From positions 79,732,001 to 79,796,000 of the forward strand of contig NW_024704744.1 of the NCBI RefSeq assembly GCF_018977255.1: DNA of 64,000 nucleotides, read 5' to 3'. Below the pieces are notes generated by a model. The model searched no databases, had not been told where the DNA came from, and worked only from the letters and a program-made list of their open reading frames with translations. The position numbers and the translations under genes are program-made. Origin of the DNA: Callorhinchus milii. Taxonomy: Eukaryota. Shown here piece by piece: positions 39,515 through 53,476 of this stretch (its first letter is position 1; each line of letters starts with the position of its first letter).

Positions 39515-39574
39515 GCATTGGTATACTACACCTTTGCAGCATTGGGTGGAAATTTAGTAGCAGATATGATTTTG
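39515..39574 (+). CDS. SEL1L2: SEL1L2 exon 7 (ALVYYTFAALGGNLVADMIL)
   Basis: Near-identical to the recalled SEL1L family sequence, canonical splice sites. Confidence 0.95.
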
Positions 39575-39662
39575 GTAGGTGCATTAACTGTAGAATTAGT
39601 CATCAATAGCCAGTAGCTTCTGAGTGCATGGTACTACATTGTAATGATATCTGTTTTAACAG

Positions 39663-39744
39663 GGCTACAGGTATCTTAGTGGAATTAATCTTCCTCAGCA
39701 TTGTGAAGCAGCTCTAGTTCATTACAGAACTGCAGCAGAATACG
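39663..39744 (+). CDS. SEL1L2: SEL1L2 exon 8 (GYRYLSGINLPQHCEAALVHYRTAAEY)
   Basis: GYRYLSGIN matches recalled SEL1L2, canonical sites. Confidence 0.95.
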
Positions 39745-40629
39745 GTAATCATTTCAGTATCTGAATTCAAAAAATATTGATTATTGTTAACATTTAAAAA
39801 ATAATTGGAGCATTTAAGAAATTAGACACGTGCATATAGAGCAAGCATATTAGAGGGTACAGAGAAACAGAGTTGAGCTTAGAATGCATTTTGGAGGTGG
39901 AACTATTAATGGGCTGAATGGGGCCTGCTGCTGAATGAAACATTTCTATGGTTCAAACTTGGGTCTTTCATGGTTACCAAAGTTTACAACCACTCATGCA
40001 TGTCCAGTAATGCATCATAAGTATATCTGTATAACAGACCTCAAGGGCCTAATTGTATTCAGTTGAAAATGCACAGTGTAAAATATTGCAGTTTTCACAC
40101 AGGTTACACATCTTTAACCACTGCATGAGTCATTTTCTCAATGTAATGAATAGCTACTCGTATGAATGTACATGCTCCAGCTTCTCAGATCCCTCCTACG
40201 CTTACGTATCTCACTTATTTTACACAAGTATAAAACACCACGAACACACATAACCTTTAGTCAATTGTTTATTGTTATGTTTTTTTTAGTCAGCTGGGTG
40301 TTGGGCAAGTTTCCCCAAAAAATAATAATAAATTGTTCACTTCAATCCCTGACTGTTTGTGGGACACTGCTGTGCACAATTGGCTGCCGTGTTTCGCCAA
40401 CAAAATATACTGTCAATGTGGTAAGGCGCTATATCAAATGCAAGGATTATTTTCCGAAGAGGGACACATCCTGCTTCCTAATTCCGGAAAGTGTTAGGCA
40501 CAGGCTGGCAGGAGACAAGGTTTGGAGACTCTAGAGTGTGCATTGGGGTACTGCTGGAGTCTAACCATCTAAAACAGCACAGCTTGCCATTGACAGACAC
40601 TGCTTGTCCAGCTTGAACTTTACTTAATT

Positions 40630-41792
40630 TTTGCGGACCTGCCCTTGACTGTTTCGATTCCTATCTCTCTCACCGTCTCCACTTTGTTGCCTCCAACGGT
40701 TTCTCCTCCAGCCCCTGCACTGTCACATCTGGCGTCCCCCAGGGCTCTGTCCTTGGCCCTCTCCTTTTTAATATCTACATGCTTCCCCTTGGTGACATCA
40801 TCCGCAGACATGGGGTCAACCTCCATATGTATGCGGATGACACCCAATTCTATCTTTCTGCCTCCACCCTCAACTCCAGGAACACTGCTGTCCTGACAGA
40901 CTGCTGTCAGACATCATGTCCTGGATGAGGGCAAATTTCCTACAGTTGAATGTGAACAAGACTGAGGCCCTCCTGATTGGCTCGCGCCAGCGCCTCTGCA
41001 CCTCAAGCATCAACCTCCATGGTTGCACACCTCAACTCACCAAGTCAGTCAGGAGTCCAGGAGTCTTGTTCGACCCTCAACTGTCTTTTCTTCCCCACAT
41101 CCAAGCCATGACCCGCTCTGCCTTCCCTCACCTCTGTAACATTGCCCGACTCCGCCACTACCACACCCCTCAGGCCGCTGAAACTCTTGTTCATGCATTC
41201 ATCACCTCCAGGCTCGACCATGCAAACGCCTGCTTGTCGGCCTTCCCAACTTCTCCCTCCACAGACTGCAGATAATCCAGAACTCTGCAGCCTGTGTCCT
41301 CTCCTGTACCAAACTCCATGACCCCATCTCCCCCATTCTCACCCAACTCCATTAGCTCCCTATCCTTCAGAGAATCCAGTTCAAGATCCTGGTCCTCACC
41401 TACAAAACCCTCAAAGGCCTCGCCCCACCCTACCTCTGCGACCTCCTAACCCCCTACCAACCCGCCCACTCCCTCCGCTCAGCCGGCCCTGGCCTGCTCC
41501 ACGTCCCCTGACCCACCCGCCCCACCATTGGCAGGAGAGCCTTCAGGCACTCTGCCGCCAACCTCTGGAATTCCATCCCCCAATCATTCCGCCTCACCCC
41601 CTCCTTAGCCTCCTTCAAGTCCCGCCTCAAAACCCTCCTCTTCGACCATGCCATCAGCCACCCCTTTCTCCTCCCCTCCCTTCTCCCCCACTGACCCCAG
41701 CTCGGGTCTGAAATGCTGTACACTGTCCTGCACCTTGGGACGTCCTCCCGACGTGAAAGGCGCTATATAAATGTAATGTTGTTGTTGTTGTT
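40630..41792 (+). mobile_element. L2 LINE (type B), inserted into an older LINE
   Basis: YADDTQ and NFLQLNVNKTE motifs, (TTG)n tail. Confidence 0.95.
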
Positions 41793-42350
41793 GAACCATC
41801 GTTGCCATTGCCAAACATGTCAACTTTGAGCCAATTCAGCTCCAAGGAGACAGGGCTTACCCCCCCCCGAGGAGGATAGTCACTAATTGATCATTTGAGC
41901 TGAATGGTAGACGTCAGGAACTCCCTTTGAGCTTCCTCGTGGGCAAAACAGCTCATCATGAAATGTGTGAGAACATTGCCACCATCTTCCTGTCCGCAGC
42001 TTGGACACAAGTCTCTTCCCATTGAGCGATGGTTCTGCCAGGTGGAGGTGCAGAGTTTAAGCAGCAGCTCCTTACCTCTCTGCAAGCCAATCAAGGTGGA
42101 TTCTATTCGCTTGATGTATGAACATGTGTTCACGAATTCGAACTCCAAGAAACACCTTCCAACAGCTCAGAGATTTCCCAAGCCTCAGAGATTCCTCAAC
42201 AGCTATCTGGCGGACATTTGCCTTCATTGTGGTGGGAAGAACTTCACAGGACAGTTTGTGATGTGCCAACCACCTCGATGTTCTCAAAGTCCAAGTGTGG
42301 CATCCACTCTGACAATCACGACTGAGAAGAGACTGTTGCAATTGAATAAT
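41793..42350 (-). mobile_element. Fragment of an old non-L2 LINE with a CCHC zinc knuckle
   Basis: Minus-strand ORF CPSCGQEDGGNVLTHFMMSC (C-x2-C-x10-H-x4-C). 41805-41885 aligns by eye with 33325-33405. Confidence 0.6.
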
Positions 42351-43331
42351 AAACAGTAATATTAACCATAGAGAGAAGCAAGCAAGAAAAAAAATCAGCT
42401 ATTTTTGCAAACTAGTGCTATGAGTCCAAATTTAAGATTCTAAGCTGGTTTGCAGAATCGGATACTTTTGAATTGATGAATGAATAGAATAGGATACTTA
42501 TGAATTGAATAACAAATAGGTTCCTTCCAGTGTTAATATATTGGGAACAAAGTCGAGGAACACTTAACTAAGCAGAATGTATTTCTTTGCAACTGAGATA
42601 GGATATTTAGCAGCTTAATTATACAGTATGTCTCTCTGGAGATGAGTATCTTGTAAAGTCAAGGGAAGCAAATGATGAGTCCATTCAGTTGAGTCTGCTT
42701 GTGATTGCCTATTGGAGAATTGATTCATTCCCACAGGAGACAGTTTGTAGCCAGACCAGATAATAAGGAAGAACAAATTGTGTCCTGTGGTACATCTTAG
42801 AATATTTGAACATTTTGTTCATTATCACATGGAGTAGTATTAATTGACAATCTATGGATCTGGAGATTTGCCTTATCTCCTTAATTTTGATCTCTCTCAA
42901 TCTTTCCCTCTCACACATAGATGTTACGTTTTTGTAATTTAAAACTTTTAAGTAACCAAGAATAGCCTCATCAGTTATGTTTTCCATTATTCATTACAAC
43001 AAAAAAGGGGGAAGAAATTTGTATTTATATTGAAATGAAACTTGAAAATACAGTATTCATTGAATGATGAATAAGAAAAAATCAATTCATTAAACCATAT
43101 TTCCCACTAATTGCTGGATTTGATAACTATCTTTGACACCAATTGAACCAAGGCTGACACCAATAATGTTATTACTGCTTCGTTTTCTTTACCCAACAAA
43201 TTCAAAGTTGGCTACTTATTTGTCTTTAATTTTATTACGATAAAATGTGAGATTTGTTTAGTTTCTGATACGTTTTAGTGTAAATTAACAACAAAATGTC
43301 ATAATGTTTAATTCTGGTTTATTATGTGCAG

Positions 43332-43486
43332 TTGCCAATGATATTGCCCTTAATGGAGGAGTGCTAACAGAAAAGGTTAGACTGACAGAAAGAGCTGAAA
43401 ACCTTAGCTCAAATGGTGAAATAATGGAATTAGATTTGTACCAGTACTTCCAATTAATAGCAGAGAAAGGAGATGTTCAATCACAG
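43332..43486 (+). CDS. SEL1L2: SEL1L2 exon 9 (VANDIALNGGVLTEKVRLTERAENLSSNGEIMELDLYQYFQLIAEKGDVQSQ)
   Basis: EKVRLTER.ENLSSN.EI is SEL1L2-type rather than SEL1L-type (recalled), canonical sites. Confidence 0.95.
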
Positions 43487-43621
43487 GTATGAAACTGCAC
43501 TGAGTGAAGTTAAATAATGGTTTTAATAGCAGTTTATTATTATGGAAGTCTGTTTTCAAATCTTGTTCATTTTTTACTATTTAAAAGCACTTCGTAAAAC
43601 TATATTTGACATTTCATTGAA

Positions 43622-43830
43622 ATCAAAAACAGAAGTCGCTGGGAACACTCAGCAGGTCAGGCAGCATTTATGGAGAAAGCAAAGTGAGTCAACGTTTCAG
43701 GTCCACGACCCTTCGTCAGTTCTGAAATATTGACTCACGTTCCTTTCTCCATAGATGGTGCCTGACCTGCTGAGTGTTCCCAGCGACTTCTGTTTTTGTT
43801 TTCAGATTTCCAGCATCTGCAGTATTTTGT
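43622..43830. mobile_element. Penelope-like element terminal inverted repeat
   Basis: Inverted arms of about 68 bp (43625-43692 and 43730-43797) around a CTGACGA..GAAAC core. ctcagcaggtcaggcagcat is typical of shark Penelope ends (recalled). Confidence 0.7.
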
Positions 43831-44965
43831 GTTTTGTTTGACATTTCGCTATTGCCTGGTTAGACCTTGACTACAAGTGTGGACATTTTACCCTTTAGAA
43901 ATTTTGGATGACTTTGGATGGAGTATTACCACACAAGCCTAAACCATTAACAAGTAAACGTAAAAGCAATGAAATCATTCTGATAATATGCTAAGCAGTA
44001 AAGAAATGCAATTTTGTATGTAAAAATAGAAAACTGTAAAAAATATTGGAAATCTGGGGGAAAAGCACATAATGGGTCAGGTCAATCAGCAAGTCATAAT
44101 ACTACGAAAGAAATTCAAATGAAGACAACCCTTTGCCCCATTTGATTTATTTCTTACAAAATAACAACTCTTCCATCTTCTCATTGCAGCATCAAACAGC
44201 TTCTTAAATAAATTAGTGTCCAGGCTTAATCAACCCTTTTTGTAACCCATTCCATCTGTTAATTATCTTCTGTGTAAATAAGTATTTCCTGGTGTTGAAT
44301 CAGGCAAACATAGCAACTAATTCTTGCAAGAAATGTCCTGCAAAAAAAACAATGAGATGGATCGTCAATAAATTAGAATTTGGGGATAAATGTGGATAAG
44401 GAGGGAATATAAGCATGTTAACCAGAAGATTGTACGCCACATTTTCTTTGAAGTAGCAATGGCCGGGCCTTTATGTCCAACTGATTCAGAAACCAGACAG
44501 TATATAAATTAAAGAAGAACCAAAAATATTATCCAGTCATTCCACATGTTGATCTGCTCTGCATTATCACTAGGGTTAAAGGTAAAAATCCTATCAGTGA
44601 TTCACCTGGGACACATCAATGATGTTGCCCTTCAAACATTGACCAAGGTTTCACATTTCACAATTTAAATCACTTTTAATAAAAGTTCCTTCCATCTTGC
44701 AAAATATATAGAGGTTATTTTTTTTAAATTGAAATATAAAACGTTTAGAATAGACAAAATTAGAAAGGTAAAATAAAAATTGGACAGGAAAAATAAAAAT
44801 TGAATAGCATAGAAAGGGAGCAAAAAAGAGAAATGAGAAGGAAAATAAACTGATTCATTCTCATTTCTAATTAACGTTATCCTTTAAAATACTTATATAT
44901 GCTTTGATGAATGTAGAATAACTATGGAAGTTTATATTTGATAGATTGCCTTTGTTTTCCTTTAG

Positions 44966-45022
44966 GCTGGTCTTGGTCAATTACATCTTACAGGAGGCAA
45001 AGGAATAGAAAAAGACTATGAA
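44966..45022 (+). CDS. SEL1L2: SEL1L2 exon 10 (AGLGQLHLTGGKGIEKDYE)
   Basis: LGQLHL.G..G SEL1 repeat, canonical sites. Confidence 0.95.
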
Positions 45023-45917
45023 GTAGGCATACTTTCAGGCTTGTTTTAAACATTTACTTTTATAATAATAATAATCCTTGCATTTGATATTGCGCTTTTC
45101 AAGTCTTCTCGACGTCTCAAAGCGCCTCATAGACTGTAAAGTGAATTGACCGCATATTTGTGGGCAAAACGCGGCAGCCAATTGCGCACAGTAGTGTCCC
45201 ACAAACAGTCGTGGATTGAAAAATGAACAATTTTTTTATTGTTTTGTTTTGGAGGGATTATTATATATGGATAGTGACTGAAAGAAAATGCAGATTAACT
45301 TCAATACCATAGTGAAAAAAACAAATAATATGCATTCTGAACTGATGTAGAATGAAACCTTGTTATAATACGGAAATCATTTTTAAAATTGCAGCCTCTA
45401 ACATGGATCACAAAATTCTACCTTATGAATTATGAATTCTTACATGAAGAGATTTTTTTAATGTTTCTCTGATCGTCCCAAGTTGTCTATACTGTACCTC
45501 CCCTCATCAATGGAAGAGGTACAGTATGAGCCCTCACCCGAGAATGGAACGTATGAATGGAATATAATATAGAATAGAATATAGAATATAATGTCTCTAC
45601 GATAAAGTTTACTGCCTTGTTTATCAAATAGATCGGGGACAGGATACTTTGCTAGTGTCCTTTATTTCAATCACTTTATTATGCAATCAATAATGTTTTA
45701 TTTCTCATATCTTAATTCTTTACCTTTTTCTCATTTCTCATATTTTAATTCTTTATCTTATTTCTCCATATCTGTTCTTCAATTTTTATACTACATTTAT
45801 TTTGCTGTAAGCAAAAACAAAAATATGGTTATTTGTCACCAATGGTGCAGCATAAATATAGTATTGAAGCATTTTGGCTGCTCTGCACCTTTCAGATATG
45901 CAGCTAGACATCTACCA

Positions 45918-47215
45918 GCTCTTTCTGATCTACATGCTCCCTCTTGGGGATGTCATCCGCAGACATGGAGTACATTTTCACATGTCTGCAAATGACACCC
46001 AACTCTATTTTTCCACCTCTCTTTGCGACCCCCCGTCCCCTGATGTTCTGTCAGCCTTCCTGTCAGATCTCAGGGGCTGGATGAGCACAAACTTCCTTCA
46101 GCTGAAGGTTGACAAAACGGGAGCCATACTCTTTGGCTCTCGTCAACGTCTAAAACCTCACGGCTCTCACCTCCACCTACCCGACCTCCCCCTAAAACTC
46201 TCCGAACCCATACGCATCCTAGGCGTCAGGTTCATCCCCAATTATCCTTCCTTCCCCCACATCCGGTCCCTCACCAGCACCGCCTTCTTCCACCTCCAAT
46301 GCATCACTCGTCTCCGCCAATACCTCTCCCCAAAAGCCGCTGAAACCCTGGTCCATGTCCTTGTCACCTCACAGCTGGACAACTCTAATGCCCTCCTCGC
46401 CGGTCTCCCATCCACTACCATCCTGGAGTCCTGTAGCTCAGTGGTTAGAACACTCGCTTTGCAAGCGAGGGACCTGAGTTCAATTCCAGGCAGGGCGAAA
46501 CCTTGGGCAAGTTTCCTTACTCCACACGCCTAATAATAATCCCTCAAAAAAAACGATAATAAATTGGTCATTTTCAATGCACGACTGTCTGGTACACTGC
46601 TGTGCACAATTGGCTGCCGCGTTCGCCCACAAATATACAGTCAATTCACTTTACAGTATATTCTGTGAAGCGCTTTGGGATGTCTAGAAGACATGAAAAG
46701 CGCTATATCAAATGCAAGGATTATTATTATCCATAAAATCCAAATCATTCAAAACTCTGCCGCCCGCATTCTCACCCGCACCAAACTCCGCTCCACGATC
46801 ACCCCAGTCCTTGCCAGACTGCACTGGCTGCCTATCCCAGAAAGGATTGATTTCAAGATCCTCACCCTTGTATTCAAGTCCCTGCAACCCCCTCCCTCTC
46901 TGACCTCCTCTCTCCTCAAAACAGTACCCGTTGCCTCCGTTCCTCCGGGTCTGGCCTTCGAGTCCTCCGCTCCACCCTCGGCGACCGTGCCTTCAGCCAC
47001 TATGCCCGAGGCTCTGGAACTGCCTTCCTCACTCCCTTCGTCTTGCTCCCTCCCTTCCCATTTTCAGGTCTCTGCTGAAAACCTTTCTTTTCAACTGCGC
47101 CTTTGGTCACCTTTCTCCCCCTCCCCCTGGCTCGGTCCCGGGATCCATTACTGTAAAGCGCTCTGAGACACTGTCCGGCGTGGAGGGCACGATATAAATC
47201 CAAGTTGTTGTTGTT
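45918..47215 (+). mobile_element. L2 LINE (type A) interrupted by a SINE at 46424-46728
   Basis: RT motifs, colinear with the reverse complement of the 34702-35945 copy. Confidence 0.95.
46424..46728 (+). mobile_element. tRNA-derived SINE (short form) nested in L2
   Basis: Head with CTCGC-TTTGCAA-GCGAG anticodon arm, short ATCC flanking duplication. Confidence 0.92.
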
Positions 47216-47810
47216 GCCAATCTCCATTTCTGAGCTAATTTCTCAGGAATACATGAAAGCATCCAGAGATAACTCAACCTTAGACTTGTTCCCCCTTTTG
47301 GGAAAATACAAAGCTTTATTTTCATTCTGTTGATACAAAAGCCATGATCAAAAGTAGGACCATATTCTACCTCTTTGCGGTACAGTATTTTAGAACTCCA
47401 CCCTTAGGCCGTCTGATCCCATTCTAACGGAAGTCCACAGCTTGTGGACTACGCTATATTTGAAGTGTGATACAGGGTGCACAGGAAATCAGTCAGTAGC
47501 ATAAATGATATCAGCGGCAAACTGACGACCCATTATAATGTTGTGTCAAATTTTATGGACCTCACGTTATAATTGGTTTGAATTGCACCTTTTTTTTAAC
47601 CTTTTGTCTAATTTATTCAGTGATCTCTACATTAGTGTAAGTGCACAGAGATGTATGTTTGGTTGTTTCTGAATACCTCGTACTAAATGCAAGTAAAAAC
47701 ATAAAGTGAAAAAGTGCTGCTTTACTTTTTAAGTCTGAAAAACATAGATTGGGATAGAAGGAATAATGAATTGTAAACAATTAGAACATGATTTTCTCTT
47801 TTTTTTTTAG

Positions 47811-47879
47811 AAAGCCTTCTACTACTTATCAAAAGCTGCACATGGTGGCAGCATAAATGCCCTGGGTTTTTTAGGAAAG
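47811..47879 (+). CDS. SEL1L2: SEL1L2 exon 11 (KAFYYLSKAAHGGSINALGFLGK)
   Basis: SEL1 repeat, poly-T acceptor, GTAATA donor. Confidence 0.95.
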
Positions 47880-49109
47880 GTAATAAAATGAATCCTTATC
47901 AAAAATGTTTTGTCACACAAAATGTTGGAATTATTTTACATAACCATTACTTGAGTTCAATTTAAATGTAATATTCTGTGACAGGACGTTGTATCTACAT
48001 AAAATCTTCTTTTATACTTTTGTGAAATTATTTATTCTGCATTATCCAATAAACATTCTAGAGATAATCTAGAAAGTTTTACAATTTTGCATTTACAATT
48101 TCACCTCAGAGTCATGAATTACGACTATTCTGACCCATTGCTTTGTAAGATACACTCCTGGTATGGTAAGATCGCTTATAGAATCGATTATAGAATTGAA
48201 TTATTCAAGGTTACCATTTTGATAAACAGTTGTCATTTGTAAACAAACATGGTTCATAGGTGTCAGAGAATTGGATTTAGGAAATTTGGAGTAAAAAAAG
48301 ACCATTACAGTCATCTGGTTTACTGAAAGGCATACACAATGAACAAATATGAACATATCGCTAAAGCTAACCTCTTTGTAGTACAGTACAAGGCATTTTT
48401 TGGAAGCGAGGACAAGATGGGCAGTATTTTATTTAAATCATACATATTTGTCAGAAAATATTGTAACAAAAAGAATTGTAATTGTTGGGTCCTCTCAAGT
48501 TTAAACAGCATACATTATCACAATAGATAGATTGATGCACCACCATCTTTCAATATACCGGCATTACCAAAATTTCTCTTTCTGGTATTAATGATGGGGA
48601 ATCACAGTATACAGGCATTTAACATTCTGGCTGACATAATGATATTTAGTATGCACATTTTATAAGTCTTTGATCATGGATGTTTTGTCCCAGTGCTATT
48701 GATTAATATTCAAAGCTTGTAAGAATAATTGTGATAATATTTACTTGATATTATGGGCTTGTTAGATAATTGTTTGGCTTTGTGAAAGAAAATTTGTCAT
48801 CAGGCTTCCCATATGTCAGATGGTGGATAATAAGTGCATGGTAAGAAAGAGGCAAATATTTGAATACTGAATTTCTGAAATTAAAGGATAAACACAACTC
48901 TGTTGGTACAGAGACTGGATGTGAATAGAGTAGAATCATGGCATATATAAAATTAATCTTGCATTTTGGTATAGCGCCTTTTGCATCTTGAAGTCCTTCA
49001 CAGGAAGTGTAAAGTGTCATGTTTGTGCATTTTATAGGCCAACAGTCCATTTGTGCACAGCAATGTCCCAAGTGAATCCCCCAAAAATCTATTTAATTTT
49101 GGGGATTGT

Positions 49110-49750
49110 TACATTGCCCGACTCTGCCACTATCTCACCCCTCAGGCCACTGAAACTCTTGTTCATGCCTTCATCATCTCCAGGCTCGACTATGCAAATG
49201 CCCTGCTTGTCAGCCTTCCCAACTCCTCCCTCCACAGGTTGCAGATAATCCAGAACTCTGCAGCCCATGTCCTCTCCCGCACCAAACTCCATGATCCCAT
49301 CTCCCCCATTCTCACCCGACTCCATTGGCTCCCTATCCTTCAGGGGATCCAGTTCAAGATCCTGGTCCTCACTACAAAGCCCTCCATGGTCTCGCCCCAC
49401 CCTACCTCTGGAACCCCCTACCAATCCGCCCGTTCCCTCCACTCATCCGCCTCTGGCCTGCTCCACGTCCCCCGACCCCCCCGCCCCACCATTGGCGGGA
49501 AACCCTTCAGCCACTCTGCCCCCAACCTCTGGGATTCCATCCCCCAATCACTCCGCTTCGCCCCCTCCTTAGCCTCCTTCAAATCCCGCCTCAAAATCCT
49601 CCTCTTTGACCATGCCATCAGTCACCCCCCTTCCCCTCCCTTTTCCCCCACCTGACCCCAACTCGTGTCTGAAATGCTGTACACTGTCCAGTGCCTTGGG
49701 ACGTCCTCCCAACGTGAAAGACGCTATACAAATGTAATCTTGTTGTTGTT
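49110..49750 (+). mobile_element. L2 LINE 3' fragment (type B)
   Basis: Near-copy of 19165-19797. Confidence 0.95.
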
Positions 49751-50479
49751 TGTGTGGGCCACGGGAGATATTCCCTTCTCTTTATGAATAGAACTGTGGG
49801 ATCGTTAATAGAACATCTGATCAGAATCTCGGTTTCAAATCTCACCCGATGGATAACATCCCAACAATACAGCACATCCCCAAGCACTGCATCTAGTCTG
49901 CCAACCTGCACTACATGTTCAAATCCCAACGTGAAACTCAATCCCACAACCTTCTGACTCAGAGGCGAGAATGCTTCCAAATTAGATAGGCTGGACATGT
50001 ATGCCTTGAAACAGGCCTTTCGGCTCAACTGGCCAGGATAGCGAGAGAGAACCGGGAAGGGGGAGAAGAAACACAGCAAGAAAATTAGAGAAGCTACAAT
50101 AATCCCAATTTCAGCTCCCTCCAAAATCAATACATAATATTTACTGGATCCCCTTGGACAAACCAATGTGATTATACACAGAATTAAAGATTCAAAGTGG
50201 GTAAACTTAAATAGATATTTGCAGCTGTCAGCAACCGCCAATTTAGTGTTGTAAGCAAGGGGGCTTTATAAATAGTGAGGTTTAAAGGGCCTGTTTAAAA
50301 GCTTTGCTGTTAGATTCTGGAATTTTCTTCCTAAATAATTGTGACCCACCTACAAATCTACCTGACTATATTTGCAGCTCACATCAGTCTATGGGACACT
50401 CAAACATCTTTGGGACTTGTCATTTTGTACACATCTGATGAGACCTTGACTACTTTGAAGAAAGAAAAAGTTGAAATAA

Positions 50480-50605
<126 letters not shown>

Positions 50606-51466
50606 TAGTTCACATACACACACTCACACACATTTATATAATAATAATATATTCAATTCAACTTAATGCTTGATAGAAATAAATTTGAGCAACAGCTTTG
50701 TAATATGTGTAACATGAAATCTGAATTCATATCTATACATACAGGGTAATCCTGTTAAAGTGCTATTATCTGATGCAATGTCTCAGATTTTGTGTTATGA
50801 AACGCAAAACAGGTTATTAAGTCGCTGCTCACATCAAGACCTAAGCCCTCAACCAGCAGAGTGTTACCTTGTATTTAACTGAAAAAATGCCAATACTAGA
50901 CAGCCCTTAAGTTTGTGATAGTCTATCCCTGCTTTTCTGTGTCGACACATCGTGGAATTGTCATTTAGAAAAGGTGAGTTTTAAAAGGCTTGGTTGCACT
51001 TCAGATACTAGATTATCAATTGAAATACGTTCCTAAATTATTCAGCCTTCTATAAGATCATAATTTAGCAGCACCACAAGAGTTGTTGAACTTCAGACCA
51101 ATAACCATGAATCTTAATAAGAGCACATTTCTGCAACAATAAAAAGTCTGCATACCAATAGGGCTGAAGTCTTGCACTCCACTCTGCTTCTGGAAATCAA
51201 TGTCACCTGTTCCGTCATGCAGATATTCACATGCACAGTTAGTCATCATTTCTAACAGGATTGAGCAGGATTATTGGAGGAACATGCAATGATTTATAGC
51301 ACAATTTCACCAATCTTTCCTGTGTTTCAGGATCTGCTGTAGCTACATTTTTGAGACATCTAACCCTAATGCATTTATTTTTAAACTACATTGTGTTAAA
51401 CCTGAATAAGTTATACTGTACTTTATTATCCCTTAAATTACACTTCTGGTAGACTGGAATCAGAAA

Positions 51467-51498
51467 TGCAGTACCACTGAATGCCATCTGGTGGCACT
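51467..51498 (+). promoter_or_regulatory. Candidate CTCF site with upstream (ZF9-11) motif
   Basis: TGCAGTACC-N6-TGCCATCTGGTGGCACT matches the CTCF core plus U-motif arrangement. Confidence 0.6.
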
Positions 51499-52129
51499 GG
51501 AAAATTGATCCTCGTTATAAATTTATCAGCAGATAGTTATTGTTTCTATAGCTGTTCGTAAAATGTATTCAGGCAGCGTCAGTTATAACGCAGTTGTTGA
51601 GGCCATAAAAAAAGGCATCGTTTTATGTCAGCTTAACAAAATGACTACTGGTAAGTGCTTCTGAGCTGTCAGGCCACTGCTGATGTCACTGAAACATGCT
51701 GACCGCAAGAAGCCAACCAATTAGTAGTCTGGTCTTAAGGAGAGACTCGTGATCTAGGCTGGAGAGTCCCTGCCAATGTTGGAGGTACTCTTGGTTGTAG
51801 TTAGATGAGAATAACTCCCAATTCTCTGATAAGCTTCCCTGTAATAGCTTATCACGAACACTGCACAACTAAATATCTTCACCATCTTTATATTTATCTC
51901 CTTCGATGACAACATCCGTAGGCATGAGAGCCACTTTTACAAGTACATGAATGAAGCACAACCGCATCTCTCGGCCTCTACCATTTATCCCAGGAATACT
52001 GTTGCTCTGATCAATTGCCTTTCAAGTACTTGATAAATTCTAATTTTCTATAGCTCAATGTTGACAAGACTGGGGCCTTCCTGAATGGCTCGTTTGTGCT
52101 TTCTCACCTCAGGTCCTCACCATATCGAG

Positions 52130-52700
52130 CTACATAGGTGCTCATTCCACCTCCTGGTTTGGAACCTTGGTTTGACCCCCTCCCACACATTATCCTTCAA
52201 ACCTTTACATCTGGCTTTCACTAGTTCTACTTTCCCCTCACCTCTGTAAAATGACCGGCCTTCCCCATAACTTCAACCCCCAAGCTGCTGAAAACCTTAT
52301 CCACACCTCCAAGCTTGATTACTAGAATATCTTGCTTGGTGGACTATCCAGCTCCTCCGTGTACACACTGCAGACCATCCAGAATATTGCAGCCAAGTCC
52401 TCTCCACCAGGCAACAATATCATAAAAAAAGAAACAGATCATCAAGCCTTGCTTGCTCAACTCCACTCACTTCCCATCCCCCAGTGTATTGAATTGAAGA
52501 TTCTTGTACTCACTTTCAACTACCTCCATGACCTCACACCAACCTATCTCTGCAACCAACTGCCTGGTTGATCCTTCCATTCAGGAAACACTGGCCTGCT
52601 TTACGTACGCCTGCCCTCTCCACTGCTCCATAGGTTTGAGACTTAAGCCGCTCTGACACCACCCTCTGCAGCTTCATCCCAAAGTTCTTCCACCTCACCC
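52130..52700 (+). mobile_element. Old L2 fragment
   Basis: LQTIQNIAAK...LHSLPIPQCIELKILVLTF decayed ORF2 end. Confidence 0.75.
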
Positions 52701-52930
52701 CTACCAATTCATATGGCTTCTTGGGAACTGTACGCAAATAATTTGGCCAAATAGCCCAGCAAACTGTTTGGCTCGTTTATTGCTATCTCACATGTGAACG
52801 AGTCAACTGACACCCTGAGGTCTGTTTCAGCTTTCCCCTTGGCAAGTTTTGTCCTATCCATGGAATATATATGTCTTTTATTTTTACTTCCCATATGCAG
52901 TACCTTACATTTATCTGTGCTTTTTTTCAG

Positions 52931-52993
52931 GGGAATCCAATTGGATTGACAGGTTTAGGATTAGCACATCTTTATGGAAAAGGACTGCCTGTG
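52931..52993 (+). CDS. SEL1L2: SEL1L2 exon 13 (GNPIGLTGLGLAHLYGKGLPV)
   Basis: SEL1 repeat, canonical sites. Confidence 0.95.
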
Positions 52994-53019
52994 GTAAGTT
53001 TCCTACTTCCATAATGTGA

Positions 53020-53226
<207 letters not shown>

Positions 53227-53287
53227 TAATAGTAAGGTAACATTGTAATTATACTTTGTACACTGTACCAACAGAAAATGAATGTAA

Positions 53288-53476
<189 letters not shown>

